In this document: in pieces, positions 45,709 through 55,233 of the stretch
Layout: each line of letters begins with the position of its first letter
Numbering within the stretch: position 1 is the first letter of the stretch
Origin: Vicinamibacterales bacterium
GTDB taxonomy: Bacteria; Acidobacteriota; Vicinamibacteria; Vicinamibacterales; SCN-69-37
Assembly: GCA_035550595.1 (NCBI GenBank)
Contig: DASZOV010000096.1
Location: 76,602-140,601 of the forward strand
DNA: 64,000 bases
Direction: 5' to 3'
Made by a program: the position numbers and the translations under genes
Notes under the pieces: model-generated
Database searches by the model: none
Told to the model about the DNA's origin: nothing
Seen by the model: only the letters and a program-made list of their open reading frames with translations

Positions 45709-48700
45709 ATGTGGAGTAACCAACGGCGTGAGTACCGGGCCATCCGGATGAGCCTGGTCGTCACGCTCTGGGCCCTCGTGGCCGCGCTGGCGAGTCCCGC
45801 CATCGCGCAGGTCACGACGACGGTCCTCGGGACCGTCAAGGACACGCAAGGCGGCGTGTTGCCGGGCGCGACCGTCGTGCTCATCAGCGAGACGCGCGGC
45901 ACGCAGACCGCGCCGGCCGTGACCAATGACGCGGGCGACTTCGTGCTGCCGAGCGTCGTGCCCGACACCTACACGCTGCAGGTCGAGATGCCGTCCTTCA
46001 AGACGTTGAAGCGGACCGGCCTCATCATCGGCGCCGATCCCCGCGTCGTCGTCGGCACGTTGACGCTCGAGGTCGGCGGCACGACGGAAGTCGTCAACGT
46101 CACCGCGGCCTCGCCGTTGATTCAGGCCGCGAGCGGCGAGCGATCGTTCACCGTGGACTCGACGCAGGTCGACAACCTGCCAATCGCCAACCGGAACTTC
46201 ACCAGCTTGGCAGGCCTCGCCCCGGGCGTCGACACGAGCGGCGCGACGAACGTGACGCGTGTCGGCGGAGGCGGCGACACCAACATCGTCATGGACGGCG
46301 TGTCGACGAGCAGTCCCGGGAACAACGCCATCATGATCCGCCTCAACACCGAGTCGGTGGCCGAGGTGCGTGTGGTGACCTCCGGTTACCAGGCCGAGTA
46401 TGGCCGCGCGAGCGGGCTGCAGGTGACGTCGGTCACCAAGAGCGGCAGCAACCAGTTCCATGGGTCGCTCTACGACGTCGAGCGGAACTCGGATTGGAAC
46501 AGCAACAGCCGGACGAACATCCTCAACGGCGATCCGAAGCCCGTCGCGAAGGAACGTGACTTCGGCTATTCCATTGGCGGGCCGATTGGCCGGCCCGGTG
46601 GCAACAACAAGCTGTTCTTCTTCTTCAGCCACGAGATCGAGCCGCGGACGGCCGGCAACAACGTCGTGCGCTATCGCATGCCGACCGCACTCGAACGCGC
46701 CGGCGACTTCTCGCAGTCGACCGACAACAACGGCAATCCCTATCCGTACATCAAGAATCCGGCCCTGTCGGGCGCGTGCTCGGCGGCCAGCCAGGCGGCC
46801 TGCTACGCGGACGGCGGCGTCCTCGGCCGCATTCCCGCGTCCGACTTGTACGCCCCGGGTCTCGCGCTGCTGAACATGTTCCCGATGCCGAACATCGACA
46901 ACGTGCCGGCGGGGCAGAACTACAACTTCCAACTGACGCGGCCCACCGAGAAAGCGACCGGCTATCAGCCCGTGTTGCGGATGGACTACCAGCCGATGCC
47001 GGCGTTCCGCGCGACGTATCGGATCGCGCTGCAGGGCCAGGGCGCCGACCAGGTGTTCAACGGCACGTTGCCCGGGTTCAACGACACGCGCATGTCGCAC
47101 CCGACGATCACGACGCAGTCGATGTCGGCGACCTGGTCGATTCGGCCGACGGTCACGATCGAGGCGAGTTACGGCCGCACGCGGAACGAGCTCTCCGGCT
47201 GCGCGCTCGGCGGTGGGGATCGGCCGGGCCCGACCTTCTGCACCGCCGGCTTTCCTGCGAGCGCGCTGGCGAATCCGGCGAACGCAGGCATCGACGGGAT
47301 TCCGCTGATCTACCCGGACGCGCGCGTCGTCAACCCGGACTTCTACACGTATGCCGCGATGCAGCAGATGAACCTGCCGATCTGGGACGGCACCCAGATC
47401 CTGCTGCCGCCGCAGTTCCAGTACGGCAGCCGCGTGGCGAACTCGCCGCCCGGCAACCTGCTGACGAGCTTCTACAACACGAGCCTCGTGCAGGACTTCG
47501 CGGCGAGCGTGACGATCGTCAAGGGCCGTCACACGATCAAAGCCGGCATCCAGAACCTGGCGCAGTTCCAGGCGCAGATCACGGGCGGCGCCGGCGGCGC
47601 GATCGGCACGCTCAGCTTCTCCCAGGACACGCCGGGCGTGAATCCCTACGATACGTCGTTCGGATTCGCGAACGCCGCCATCGGCACGTTCAGCTCGTAC
47701 GCGCAAGCCTCGCAATTTTCCGAGTACAACAGCGCGATACGCAATACGGACGCCTACGTGCAGGACAACTGGAAGATGAACGCGCACGTGACGATGGACT
47801 ACGGCATGCGCTTCGTGCACGAGGTGCCCGAGCACGACAAGTTCGGACGGGCGTCGAATTTCCTGCCTGAGTTGTGGGATCCCAGCGTCGCGCCGACGCT
47901 GTACGCGCCCGGCTGCGCGAACGGGACGTACCCGTGCAGCGGCACGAATCGCCAGGCGATGAATCCGGCTACAGGGCAGTTCCTCGGTCCGGGCAGCAGC
48001 GCGGCGATTGGGACCATCGTGCCGGGCTCGGGTGACGAACTCAACGGTCTGCGACAGCTCGGACAGGGCATCGTCGACACGGGCTACATCTGGCCGGCGG
48101 TCGCGTTCTCGCCGCGATTCGGCATCGCCTATGACGTGACGGGCGAACAGCGCGTCGTTCTACGCGGTGGCGCGGGGTTGTTCTTCGATCGCACGGCCGC
48201 CAATCAGACGCGTGCGGCTGGCTCGAACCCGCCGATTTCCCAGAACGTCACGCTACGCTACGGGACGCTACAGAACCTCGCGAGCGGCCTCGCGATCACG
48301 GGGGCACCGAACATCGGCGGCGCATGGGTCTACCACTCCGACGACCTGCCGAGCTCGACGCAGTGGAATGCCGGCGTGCAGATCGCGCTGCCGTTCGACA
48401 TCGCGCTCGACACGTCGTACGTCGGCCAACACGCGTTCGCGATCCCGGTCGCCGCGAACATCAACGCCGTGGACTTCGGCGCGGCGTTCCTCCCGGAGAA
48501 CCAGGATCCGACGTTGGCGGCGAGCGCGACGCCCGGCGCAACCGCGGTCTCGACCGATCTGCTGCGGGCCATGCCGGGCTTCGGTAACGTCGTACAGAAC
48601 CAGCAGACCGGCTGGCGCACGTACCACTCGCTGCAGTTCTCGGTCAATCGTCGCTTCCGGCACGGTCTGGCGTTCGGTTTCAACGAGACATGGTCACTCT

Positions 48701-49446
48701 ACGACCACCAGAGCACGGCGCCGCGGTTCGATCATCTGCCGGACGGCACGTTCGTCGTCCGCGGCGATCAGGCCGACGCCGACCGGCTGCTCGGAACAGC
48801 CGTCGACACCGTGCACCTCATGCGTGCCAATTTCGTCTGGGATCTGCCGGACATCGACGGCACGACGGGCGTCAAGCGGACGCTGGGGTGGATTGCCAAC
48901 GACTGGCAGGTCACCGGCATCTGGACGGGACGCACCGGATCGCCGTACGCCGTCAACTTCAGCTATCAGAGCGGCGGCAGCAGCCTGAACCTGACGGGAT
49001 CGCCGGACTATCCGGCGCGCGTCAACGTCGTCGGCGATCCGGGCAACGGCTGCAGCGACGACTTATATCGGCAGTTCAACGCGGCGGCCTTCGCGGGGCC
49101 GTCCGCGGGGAGCGTCGGGCTCGAGTCAGGCAACGCGTATCTGCGCGGGTGCTTCTCGAGCGTGCTGGACATGTCGATCATGCGGCGCTTCCGGCTCGGC
49201 GGCACGCGTTCGGTCCAGTTCCGCGTCGACCTGTTCAACGCGCCGAACCTGGCGGGCATCACGTCGCGGAACGCGACGATGAACCTGACGAATCCGCTGG
49301 CGTCGACGTCGGTGACGAACCTGCCGTTCGACGCCAGCGGGAACCTCGTCGAGGCCCGGTCGCTGCCGAAGAACGCGGGCTTCGGCGTGGCGAACGGCTA
49401 TCAGTCGCCACGGACGATTCAACTGCAGTTGCGATTCGAGTTCTGA
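45709..49446 (+). CDS. TonB-dependent receptor-like outer-membrane protein with a CarboxypepD_reg domain (paralogue of 154..3825)
   Basis: GAGGAGG RBS. Signal peptide ...LASPAIAQ. TVLGTVKDTQGGVLPGATVVLISETRGT follows. Long blocks are near-identical to receptor 1 (GYQAEYGRASGLQVTSVTKSGSNQFHGSLYDVERNSDWNSNSR). It ends LRFEF. Confidence 0.85.
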   Translation: MWSNQRREYRAIRMSLVVTLWALVAALASPAIAQVTTTVLGTVKDTQGGVLPGATVVLISETRGTQTAPAVTNDAGDFVLPSVVPDTYTLQVEMPSFKTLKRTGLIIGADPRVVVGTLTLEVGGTTEVVNVTAASPLIQAASGERSFTVDSTQVDNLPIANRNFTSLAGLAPGVDTSGATNVTRVGGGGDTNIVMDGVSTSSPGNNAIMIRLNTESVAEVRVVTSGYQAEYGRASGLQVTSVTKSGSNQFHGSLYDVERNSDWNSNSRTNILNGDPKPVAKERDFGYSIGGPIGRPGGNNKLFFFFSHEIEPRTAGNNVVRYRMPTALERAGDFSQSTDNNGNPYPYIKNPALSGACSAASQAACYADGGVLGRIPASDLYAPGLALLNMFPMPNIDNVPAGQNYNFQLTRPTEKATGYQPVLRMDYQPMPAFRATYRIALQGQGADQVFNGTLPGFNDTRMSHPTITTQSMSATWSIRPTVTIEASYGRTRNELSGCALGGGDRPGPTFCTAGFPASALANPANAGIDGIPLIYPDARVVNPDFYTYAAMQQMNLPIWDGTQILLPPQFQYGSRVANSPPGNLLTSFYNTSLVQDFAASVTIVKGRHTIKAGIQNLAQFQAQITGGAGGAIGTLSFSQDTPGVNPYDTSFGFANAAIGTFSSYAQASQFSEYNSAIRNTDAYVQDNWKMNAHVTMDYGMRFVHEVPEHDKFGRASNFLPELWDPSVAPTLYAPGCANGTYPCSGTNRQAMNPATGQFLGPGSSAAIGTIVPGSGDELNGLRQLGQGIVDTGYIWPAVAFSPRFGIAYDVTGEQRVVLRGGAGLFFDRTAANQTRAAGSNPPISQNVTLRYGTLQNLASGLAITGAPNIGGAWVYHSDDLPSSTQWNAGVQIALPFDIALDTSYVGQHAFAIPVAANINAVDFGAAFLPENQDPTLAASATPGATAVSTDLLRAMPGFGNVVQNQQTGWRTYHSLQFSVNRRFRHGLAFGFNETWSLYDHQSTAPRFDHLPDGTFVVRGDQADADRLLGTAVDTVHLMRANFVWDLPDIDGTTGVKRTLGWIANDWQVTGIWTGRTGSPYAVNFSYQSGGSSLNLTGSPDYPARVNVVGDPGNGCSDDLYRQFNAAAFAGPSAGSVGLESGNAYLRGCFSSVLDMSIMRRFRLGGTRSVQFRVDLFNAPNLAGITSRNATMNLTNPLASTSVTNLPFDASGNLVEARSLPKNAGFGVANGYQSPRTIQLQLRFEF

Positions 49447-49574
49447 CGAACGAGTGCCGACGAGACGGACGTCCCCCGCGTCCGCCCGGAAGCCGGGTCG
49501 GGTGCCGTGCGCGCACCCGGCCCGGCACGCCGGAGTCCAGGCCTCATCACCGAGCTACGCCAGGGAGGACCGAG

Positions 49575-51275
49575 ATGAACGCCAACAAGACACGCAAAGG
49601 GATCAGCCGGCGCGCATTTCTCGCCGCGACCGTGGCCGCGCCGACCGCCGCGACGGCATTGACCGCGGCTTCCGCCCAACGGCCGGCCGGCTCGGCGGCG
49701 CCGGCGGTCGTCAGTCGCGGCCGCCGGCGCAACGTCCTCTTCATCTCGACCGACGACATGTGCAACCGCCTGGGGTGCTACGGCGTGCCGGTCAAGTCGC
49801 CCAACCTCGATCGGCTCGCGCGCTCGGGGATCCGCTTCGATCGTCACTACTGCCAGTTCCCCTTGTGCGGTCCGTCGCGCACGTCGCTCATGACCGGCCT
49901 CGCGCCCGACACGACGAAGGCGTGGGATCTCCGCACGGACTTCCGTCAGACGATCCCGCAGGTCGTCACGCTGTCGCAGCTCTTCCAGCAGAACGGCTAC
50001 TTCACGGCGCGTTCGGGGAAGATCTACCACTACAACAACCCGAGTGAAATCGGCACGCCGGGATTCGACGATCCCGCCAGTTGGCAGCAGGTCTCCTATC
50101 CGGCGGGATTCGATCGCACGCACGACGAAGGGCTCGTGCAGTTCTTCGCGCGCTCGGGAGGGGAAGGTGGTGCGGGCCGCGGACGAGGCGCGGGACGCGC
50201 TCGAGGCGCCGGTCAGGGACGTGGCGGCCGGGGCGGTCCAGCGGCACGTCCGCAGGACGGTCTGATGGAACCGACATGGCGACATGGCGGCACGGGGCCG
50301 AGCGGGACGATCCGCATCGCGCAGGACGGCTGCACGCCGACGCTGCCGTTCAGCCAGAACGGCGATCTGGGCGTGGCCCTGGCGGGACATCCGTCGGAAG
50401 GGAGTGACCAGGTCATCACCGACTACATGGTCGCCGAGGCCGCGATCGCGATGATGGCCGAGCACCGGAACGAGCCGTGGTTCATCGGGGCCGGCTTCTT
50501 CCGGCCCCACGTGCCGTTCATCGTGCCGTCGGCGTACTACGACCTGTACGACGTGAACGACATCGAGGTGCCGCCGTTCGATCCGTCCGAGCTGAGCGTG
50601 GCGCCGCCGATCGCCTATTCGTCCACGAATCCGAACGAGGGTATGACGCCACAGCAGCATCGCGAATGCCTGCGTGGGTACTACGCGGCCATCAGCTTCG
50701 TCGACGCGCAGGTCGGACGCCTGCTCGACGCGTTGCAGCGCCTCGGCCTGGCCGAGGACACGACCGTCGTCTTCTGGGCAGATCACGGCTACATGGTCGG
50801 CGAGCACGGCCAGTGGCAGAAGATGAAGCTGTTCGAGCCGTCCGCGCGCGTGCCGTTCATCATGGCGGGCGCGGGTGTGCCGACGACGGGCGGCGTGTGT
50901 CGGCGCACGTCGGAGCACCTGGATGTCTATCCGACGCTCGCCGATGTGTGCGGCCTGCAGGGCGCGCCGGCGAATCTGCACGGGCGCAGTCTGATGCCGC
51001 TGCTCAGCGATCCGAATGCGGCGTGGGATCGTCCCGCGGTCTCCCAGGTAACCCGCAACACGGCGTCGGGGCCGACGATGGGTTATTCGCTGCGGACCGA
51101 GCGCTATCGCTACACGATGTGGGCGGGCGGCGCGGAAGGGGAGGAGCTCTACGACTACGAGACCGATCCACGCGAGCTTCGCAACCTCGCCGGCGATACG
51201 GGCTCAGAGACGTTGAAGTCCCAGTTGCGCGCGCGGCTCGAGACGATTGCCACGTCGCGCGGCATGACGGCGTAG
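49575..51275 (+). CDS. Cys-type sulfatase (iduronate-2-sulfatase-like) with a twin-arginine signal
   Basis: GGGAGG RBS. The Tat motif is ISRRAFLAATVAAP. Motifs are NVLFISTDDMCNR and the FGly motif PLCGPSRTSLMTG. A ~100-aa insert contains GGAGRGRGAGRARGAGQGRGGRGG. Confidence 0.85.
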   Translation: MNANKTRKGISRRAFLAATVAAPTAATALTAASAQRPAGSAAPAVVSRGRRRNVLFISTDDMCNRLGCYGVPVKSPNLDRLARSGIRFDRHYCQFPLCGPSRTSLMTGLAPDTTKAWDLRTDFRQTIPQVVTLSQLFQQNGYFTARSGKIYHYNNPSEIGTPGFDDPASWQQVSYPAGFDRTHDEGLVQFFARSGGEGGAGRGRGAGRARGAGQGRGGRGGPAARPQDGLMEPTWRHGGTGPSGTIRIAQDGCTPTLPFSQNGDLGVALAGHPSEGSDQVITDYMVAEAAIAMMAEHRNEPWFIGAGFFRPHVPFIVPSAYYDLYDVNDIEVPPFDPSELSVAPPIAYSSTNPNEGMTPQQHRECLRGYYAAISFVDAQVGRLLDALQRLGLAEDTTVVFWADHGYMVGEHGQWQKMKLFEPSARVPFIMAGAGVPTTGGVCRRTSEHLDVYPTLADVCGLQGAPANLHGRSLMPLLSDPNAAWDRPAVSQVTRNTASGPTMGYSLRTERYRYTMWAGGAEGEELYDYETDPRELRNLAGDTGSETLKSQLRARLETIATSRGMTA

Positions 51276-51301
51276 TCGACCCGCGGACACGCGCGCCGGC
51301 G

Positions 51302-52537
51302 TCACTTCCAGAAATACGTCGCGACGATGCGAGGCGGACCGGCCACGTCGCCGGTGACCGTCGTCGCGATGACGAGCTCGACGTTCTGTCGGTCCCATCC
51401 GGCTGGCGCGGTTGTCGCCAGCCGGTCGAGATATTCCCGCGTCGTCAGCAGCTCTCCGGCGGCCGAGGTGCCCCAGCGCCGAATGCCGCCGAAGCATACG
51501 ACGTGTTGTCCGGACGCGGGATCGCGCACGCGCGCGATCAACGCGAAATCTTCGACAACGGCTTCCGGCGTGACGGACGAATCGAACCGCGTGGCCCAAC
51601 CCGGCGCGTCAGGATGGTCGTTGTCCACGATGCGTCCTCGGTTCGACCGATCGAGGCGGAAGCGCAGGCCGTCGGTGATCTTGCGTGTCCATGGATTGTT
51701 GAACGCGCCGATGGCCACCATCGGCTGAGCGCGCAAGTCGGCGAAGTCGAGGGCGTCGGTCGACTTGACCTCGAACGGGCGCGTCTCGCGGTCGAGGAAT
51801 CCGGCGACGCGTGCGGCGGCCCTGGCCGCGTGGACCGTCACCGTGTCGCGCACGCCGGGCATCGCCGGGCCGACGACGACCGCGACGGTTCCGGGAGAAG
51901 TGAGCACCGGTCTCCAGAAACGTTCGATGGAATTCGTCGCCGATGCCGCGTGTACGAGAAACGCCGTCGTCACGCCAACGATGGCGCAGACGCCGGCTGC
52001 GACGATCAATCGATGACTCCATCGCGGCGTTCGACCGGCTGCCGTCCACGCGTCAGGCGGCGGCGTGCGGACGGCCGCGGTTTGCGCGTCTCGCGACGTC
52101 GCGGCCGGTGGCTCGGCGTCAGGCGCCGTCGTTGGGCGCATCGGGTTCGTCGGATGGCGTTGCGATTCGCCTGCCAAGAAGCTGTCGAGGTCCGCGCGCT
52201 GAATCTGCGTGATGTCCCCGGTGAACTGATAGCCGCGGCCCGATACGGTCAGGATGTAGTCGTGTTCCCGATCGTGCTGGCGCATCGCCTGGCGGAGCAC
52301 CGAGATGCTGCGATCCAGGTTGTTCTCCTCGACGATGACGTCCGGCCACACGATCCTGAAGATGTCGTTCCGCTCGACGAGCGAGCCGTGCCGCTCGACG
52401 AGCGTCATGAGCACGGCGAACGCTTTCCGCGAGATGGCAAGGGCCGTGTCGCCGTAATAGAACGTCTGCAGGGCCGGATCGATCGTGAACGATCCGAAGC
52501 GGTAGAGGACATCGGACGCGGTAATGGGACGCTTCAT
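51302..52537 (-). CDS. Membrane-anchored winged-helix (OmpR/CadC-type) regulator with an uncharacterised periplasmic domain
   Basis: YRFGSFTIDPALQTFYYGDTALAISRKAFAVLMTLVERHGSLVERNDIFRIVWPDVIVEENNLDRSISVLRQAM...SGRGYQF is followed by one TM (LIVAAGVCAIVGVTTAFLV) and a ~230-aa C-terminal domain. I chose the internal ATG of ORF 51302..52600. Confidence 0.75.
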   Translation of the reverse strand: MKRPITASDVLYRFGSFTIDPALQTFYYGDTALAISRKAFAVLMTLVERHGSLVERNDIFRIVWPDVIVEENNLDRSISVLRQAMRQHDREHDYILTVSGRGYQFTGDITQIQRADLDSFLAGESQRHPTNPMRPTTAPDAEPPAATSRDAQTAAVRTPPPDAWTAAGRTPRWSHRLIVAAGVCAIVGVTTAFLVHAASATNSIERFWRPVLTSPGTVAVVVGPAMPGVRDTVTVHAARAAARVAGFLDRETRPFEVKSTDALDFADLRAQPMVAIGAFNNPWTRKITDGLRFRLDRSNRGRIVDNDHPDAPGWATRFDSSVTPEAVVEDFALIARVRDPASGQHVVCFGGIRRWGTSAAGELLTTREYLDRLATTAPAGWDRQNVELVIATTVTGDVAGPPRIVATYFWK

Positions 52538-52573
52538 GGTTCTGACCCGGTTTCTGTGTTCGTCATCGCGTCG

Positions 52574-52630
52574 AAAAAAAAAAAGGCCGTACATGCACAA
52601 AGGCCCGGCACCTTGCGGTTCCGGGCCTTT
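52574..52630 (-). terminator. GC hairpin (AAAGGCCCGG-12 nt-CCGGGCCTTT) plus an 11-nt homopolymer (T11 on the minus strand)
   Basis: Stem arms at 52599-52608 and 52621-52630. An A11 run lies at 52574-52584 on the plus strand. The feature is ~200 nt downstream of the octahaem gene and 37 nt upstream of the regulator ATG at 52537. The T-run is not adjacent to the stem, so terminator function is uncertain. Confidence 0.35.
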
Positions 52631-52832
52631 GAGCTGTCGGGATGTCGTGAAGGGCAGGTGGAGTCAGGCGCTCCTGCCGAAGACAATTCGCCGCGCACCG
52701 GAACGTTGTCCGATGGAATGACACGCGCGCGAGTTGTGACGATGCATCGTTGGCGTTCGAGTATTGAAGCCGCGCGCCACCTTTGTCAAGGGGACGTTCG
52801 CGCGTTTTTGCGTTCTTCCGGCTCCGCCTCGT

Positions 52833-55220
52833 TCATCGCGGCGCCGCACGCAGTTCGTCGGCCAGCGCCCGTGCGTCGCGGTCCTGTGGATCCAGTTCGA
52901 TGAGACGGTTCGCATGCCGTCGCGCGTCGTCGAAGTGGCCGGCATCGCGCTCGATCGCGGCAAGCGCCAGCAGAACATCCCGATCGTCAGGCTGATGGGC
53001 GAGCGCGGCCTCGAGCTCGCGAATCGCCGCGGTTGATTGCCCCGCGCCGTTCAGCGCCAGCGCATACGCGTAACGGAAGCGGACATCGGACGGCGCGAGC
53101 GCTGCCGCGCGTTGGAACGCCGTGAGCGCGTCGGAGGCACGATGCGATCGCGTCAACGAGAGCGCGAGCGCGTACTGGAGGTCCGCGTCCTTCGGAAGGC
53201 GCGTCACGCCAGCGCGAAGCGCGGTTTCGGCGCCGGGCTCGTCACCTCGCGCCCGTAGGAGTTCGGCGAGGTTGACGTATGCCGGCGCGAAGTCCGGTGC
53301 CATGGCAAGCGCCGCGCGATATTCGCGCTCCGCTTCGTCCGGTCGGCCGCTGTCGGCGAAGAAGACGCCGAGCGAGAGCCGGTGCTCGGGCCGATCGGCG
53401 TTGAACCGCTCGGCCGCGACGAGCTCCTCGGCCGCGCGATCGAACGCGCGCCGGTCGTCGGGGGAAAGCTGAGCCGAGGCCGCTGCGAGTTGACGCGCCG
53501 CGAGAATGCGCACCGATCGGATTGGATCGCGGAGGAGCGGCGCGACGCGCGAGACGCGATCGGCCGGCGCGACGGTGTCGAACGTGTGAAGCGCGGCCTG
53601 GCGCACCATCGCGTCCGTATCAGCGAGCGCTCCGGCCGCGACACTGGCTGAGCCCGGTGCGTTCGCGAGCCGCTCGAGCGCCGACGCGCGCACGATAGCC
53701 GGTTCGCCTGCCGATGACGCCACGCGCGCAACGGCGGTCGCGGCGCCCGCGCGGTGCGTGTCGAAATCAGCGAACGCCTGCGCGAAGTCCTGAAATCCTG
53801 TTGGGTCGTGTCCGTACCAGCCGCGAACGGCATCAGCCGCCCAGGCCGCGGTCCGGTCGCGATGACAGCCGTTGCACGCGTTGGGTGATCCCGTGCTGGC
53901 AGTGAGATCGGGTCGCGGCACGCGCAGGCTGTGATCGCGCCGCTCGTCGATCTGCATGTAGGTCCGCGCCGGCATGTGGCACGCGACGCACGACGCTCCC
54001 GGGCTCGTCGCGGCGTGATGATGATGCGTCGGACTGTCGTAACGCGTCGCCACGTGACACGTGGTGCAGAGCGCGTTGCCCTCGCGCCGAATCTTGCCGC
54101 TGTGCGGTTCGTGACAGTCGCTGCACGTCACGCCGGCGTTCGCCATGCGGCTCTGGAGAAACGACGCGTAGATGTAGACTTCGTCGCGCTGCTGTCCGTC
54201 CGGGAAATACAAGCCGGATTGGATCGTCGCCGGCTCGTAGAAGTCGCCAAACGCGTCGCCTGCGACGTACCCATCGGCGAACTGCGCGCGGCGCGAGTGA
54301 CAGACGGCGCACGTCTCGATTTCGCGTGACGTGGTCCTTGGCGCACTCCGCGCGGGCTGGCCGGTCGTCGGGTTGACCGCCCACTGCACGCCCGCTCGTT
54401 CGGTGAGATGGATCGTCAAGCCGTTGTCGGTCGCTGCCGTCGCGCCCCGTTCGTTCTTCGCGCGCGCGGCCCAGGCAACGTGTGCCGATCCTGGCCCATG
54501 ACACGCCTCGCACGTCACGTTCACCGCGGACCACGTCGTCTGGAAGGTGTCAGTCGTCGCGTCGTAGCGCTTGCGGACGTTCGTCGAGTGACAGTCCGCG
54601 CACATGAAGTTCCAATTCTGCTCACGGCCCGTCCAGTGCAGCGGATCCGTGTGATCGATCGACTCGTTCGGATAGAGCGAGAACCAGCGCTGGCCGCCCG
54701 CGGCTTTGGGCCGGCTGTCCCACGCGATCGACAGCGCCTGCAACCGGCCGCGCGGCTGCTCGAGGAGATACTGCTGCAGTGGAAACACGCCGAACGTGTA
54801 CCGAACGGCGAAATCCCGCAGCGTCCCGTCTGCGTCGTCGGTGTGGACCCAGTAGCGGCCGTCGCGCTGGCTGAACGTCGTATTGACGTTGCCGCGCCGG
54901 AACGAACTGCCGTCGAAAAGGCCCGTGACCGTCGTCGCGTTCGGCGTGGCCATCGCTTCGGCGTGCTGCGACCCGTGCCACGCGTCATAGGCCTCGCGAT
55001 GGCAGCCCGCGCACGCTTCGGCGCCGACGTAGGTCGCGTCGCGGTGTGGAACCGTTGGCGGCGTGCTGGCCGTGCGGTCGTTTCCCCGCGCCGCGCGCCA
55101 TCGCCATGCGCCAACCGCCGCGAGGCCCACGACGAGCCCCACCGCGACAACGACCGGCCAATGCCACGAATGACCGCCCGTCCGGGCGGGACGGCCCGGA
55201 CGACGGCGCGAGCCACTCAT
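52833..55220 (-). CDS. Octahaem c-type cytochrome fused to HEAT-like and TPR repeats
   Basis: N-terminal TM. Eight CxxCH motifs are present (CAGCH, CADCH, CEACH, CAVCH, CSDCH, CTTCH, CVACH, CNGCH). The C-terminal ~330 aa carry TPR repeats (AEREYRAALAMAPDFAPAYVNLAELL..., ALALNGAGQSTAAIRELEAALAHQPDD...). Confidence 0.8.
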   Translation of the reverse strand: MSGSRRRPGRPARTGGHSWHWPVVVAVGLVVGLAAVGAWRWRAARGNDRTASTPPTVPHRDATYVGAEACAGCHREAYDAWHGSQHAEAMATPNATTVTGLFDGSSFRRGNVNTTFSQRDGRYWVHTDDADGTLRDFAVRYTFGVFPLQQYLLEQPRGRLQALSIAWDSRPKAAGGQRWFSLYPNESIDHTDPLHWTGREQNWNFMCADCHSTNVRKRYDATTDTFQTTWSAVNVTCEACHGPGSAHVAWAARAKNERGATAATDNGLTIHLTERAGVQWAVNPTTGQPARSAPRTTSREIETCAVCHSRRAQFADGYVAGDAFGDFYEPATIQSGLYFPDGQQRDEVYIYASFLQSRMANAGVTCSDCHEPHSGKIRREGNALCTTCHVATRYDSPTHHHHAATSPGASCVACHMPARTYMQIDERRDHSLRVPRPDLTASTGSPNACNGCHRDRTAAWAADAVRGWYGHDPTGFQDFAQAFADFDTHRAGAATAVARVASSAGEPAIVRASALERLANAPGSASVAAGALADTDAMVRQAALHTFDTVAPADRVSRVAPLLRDPIRSVRILAARQLAAASAQLSPDDRRAFDRAAEELVAAERFNADRPEHRLSLGVFFADSGRPDEAEREYRAALAMAPDFAPAYVNLAELLRARGDEPGAETALRAGVTRLPKDADLQYALALSLTRSHRASDALTAFQRAAALAPSDVRFRYAYALALNGAGQSTAAIRELEAALAHQPDDRDVLLALAAIERDAGHFDDARRHANRLIELDPQDRDARALADELRAAPR

Positions 55221-55233
55221 GACTGGAGAGTGT

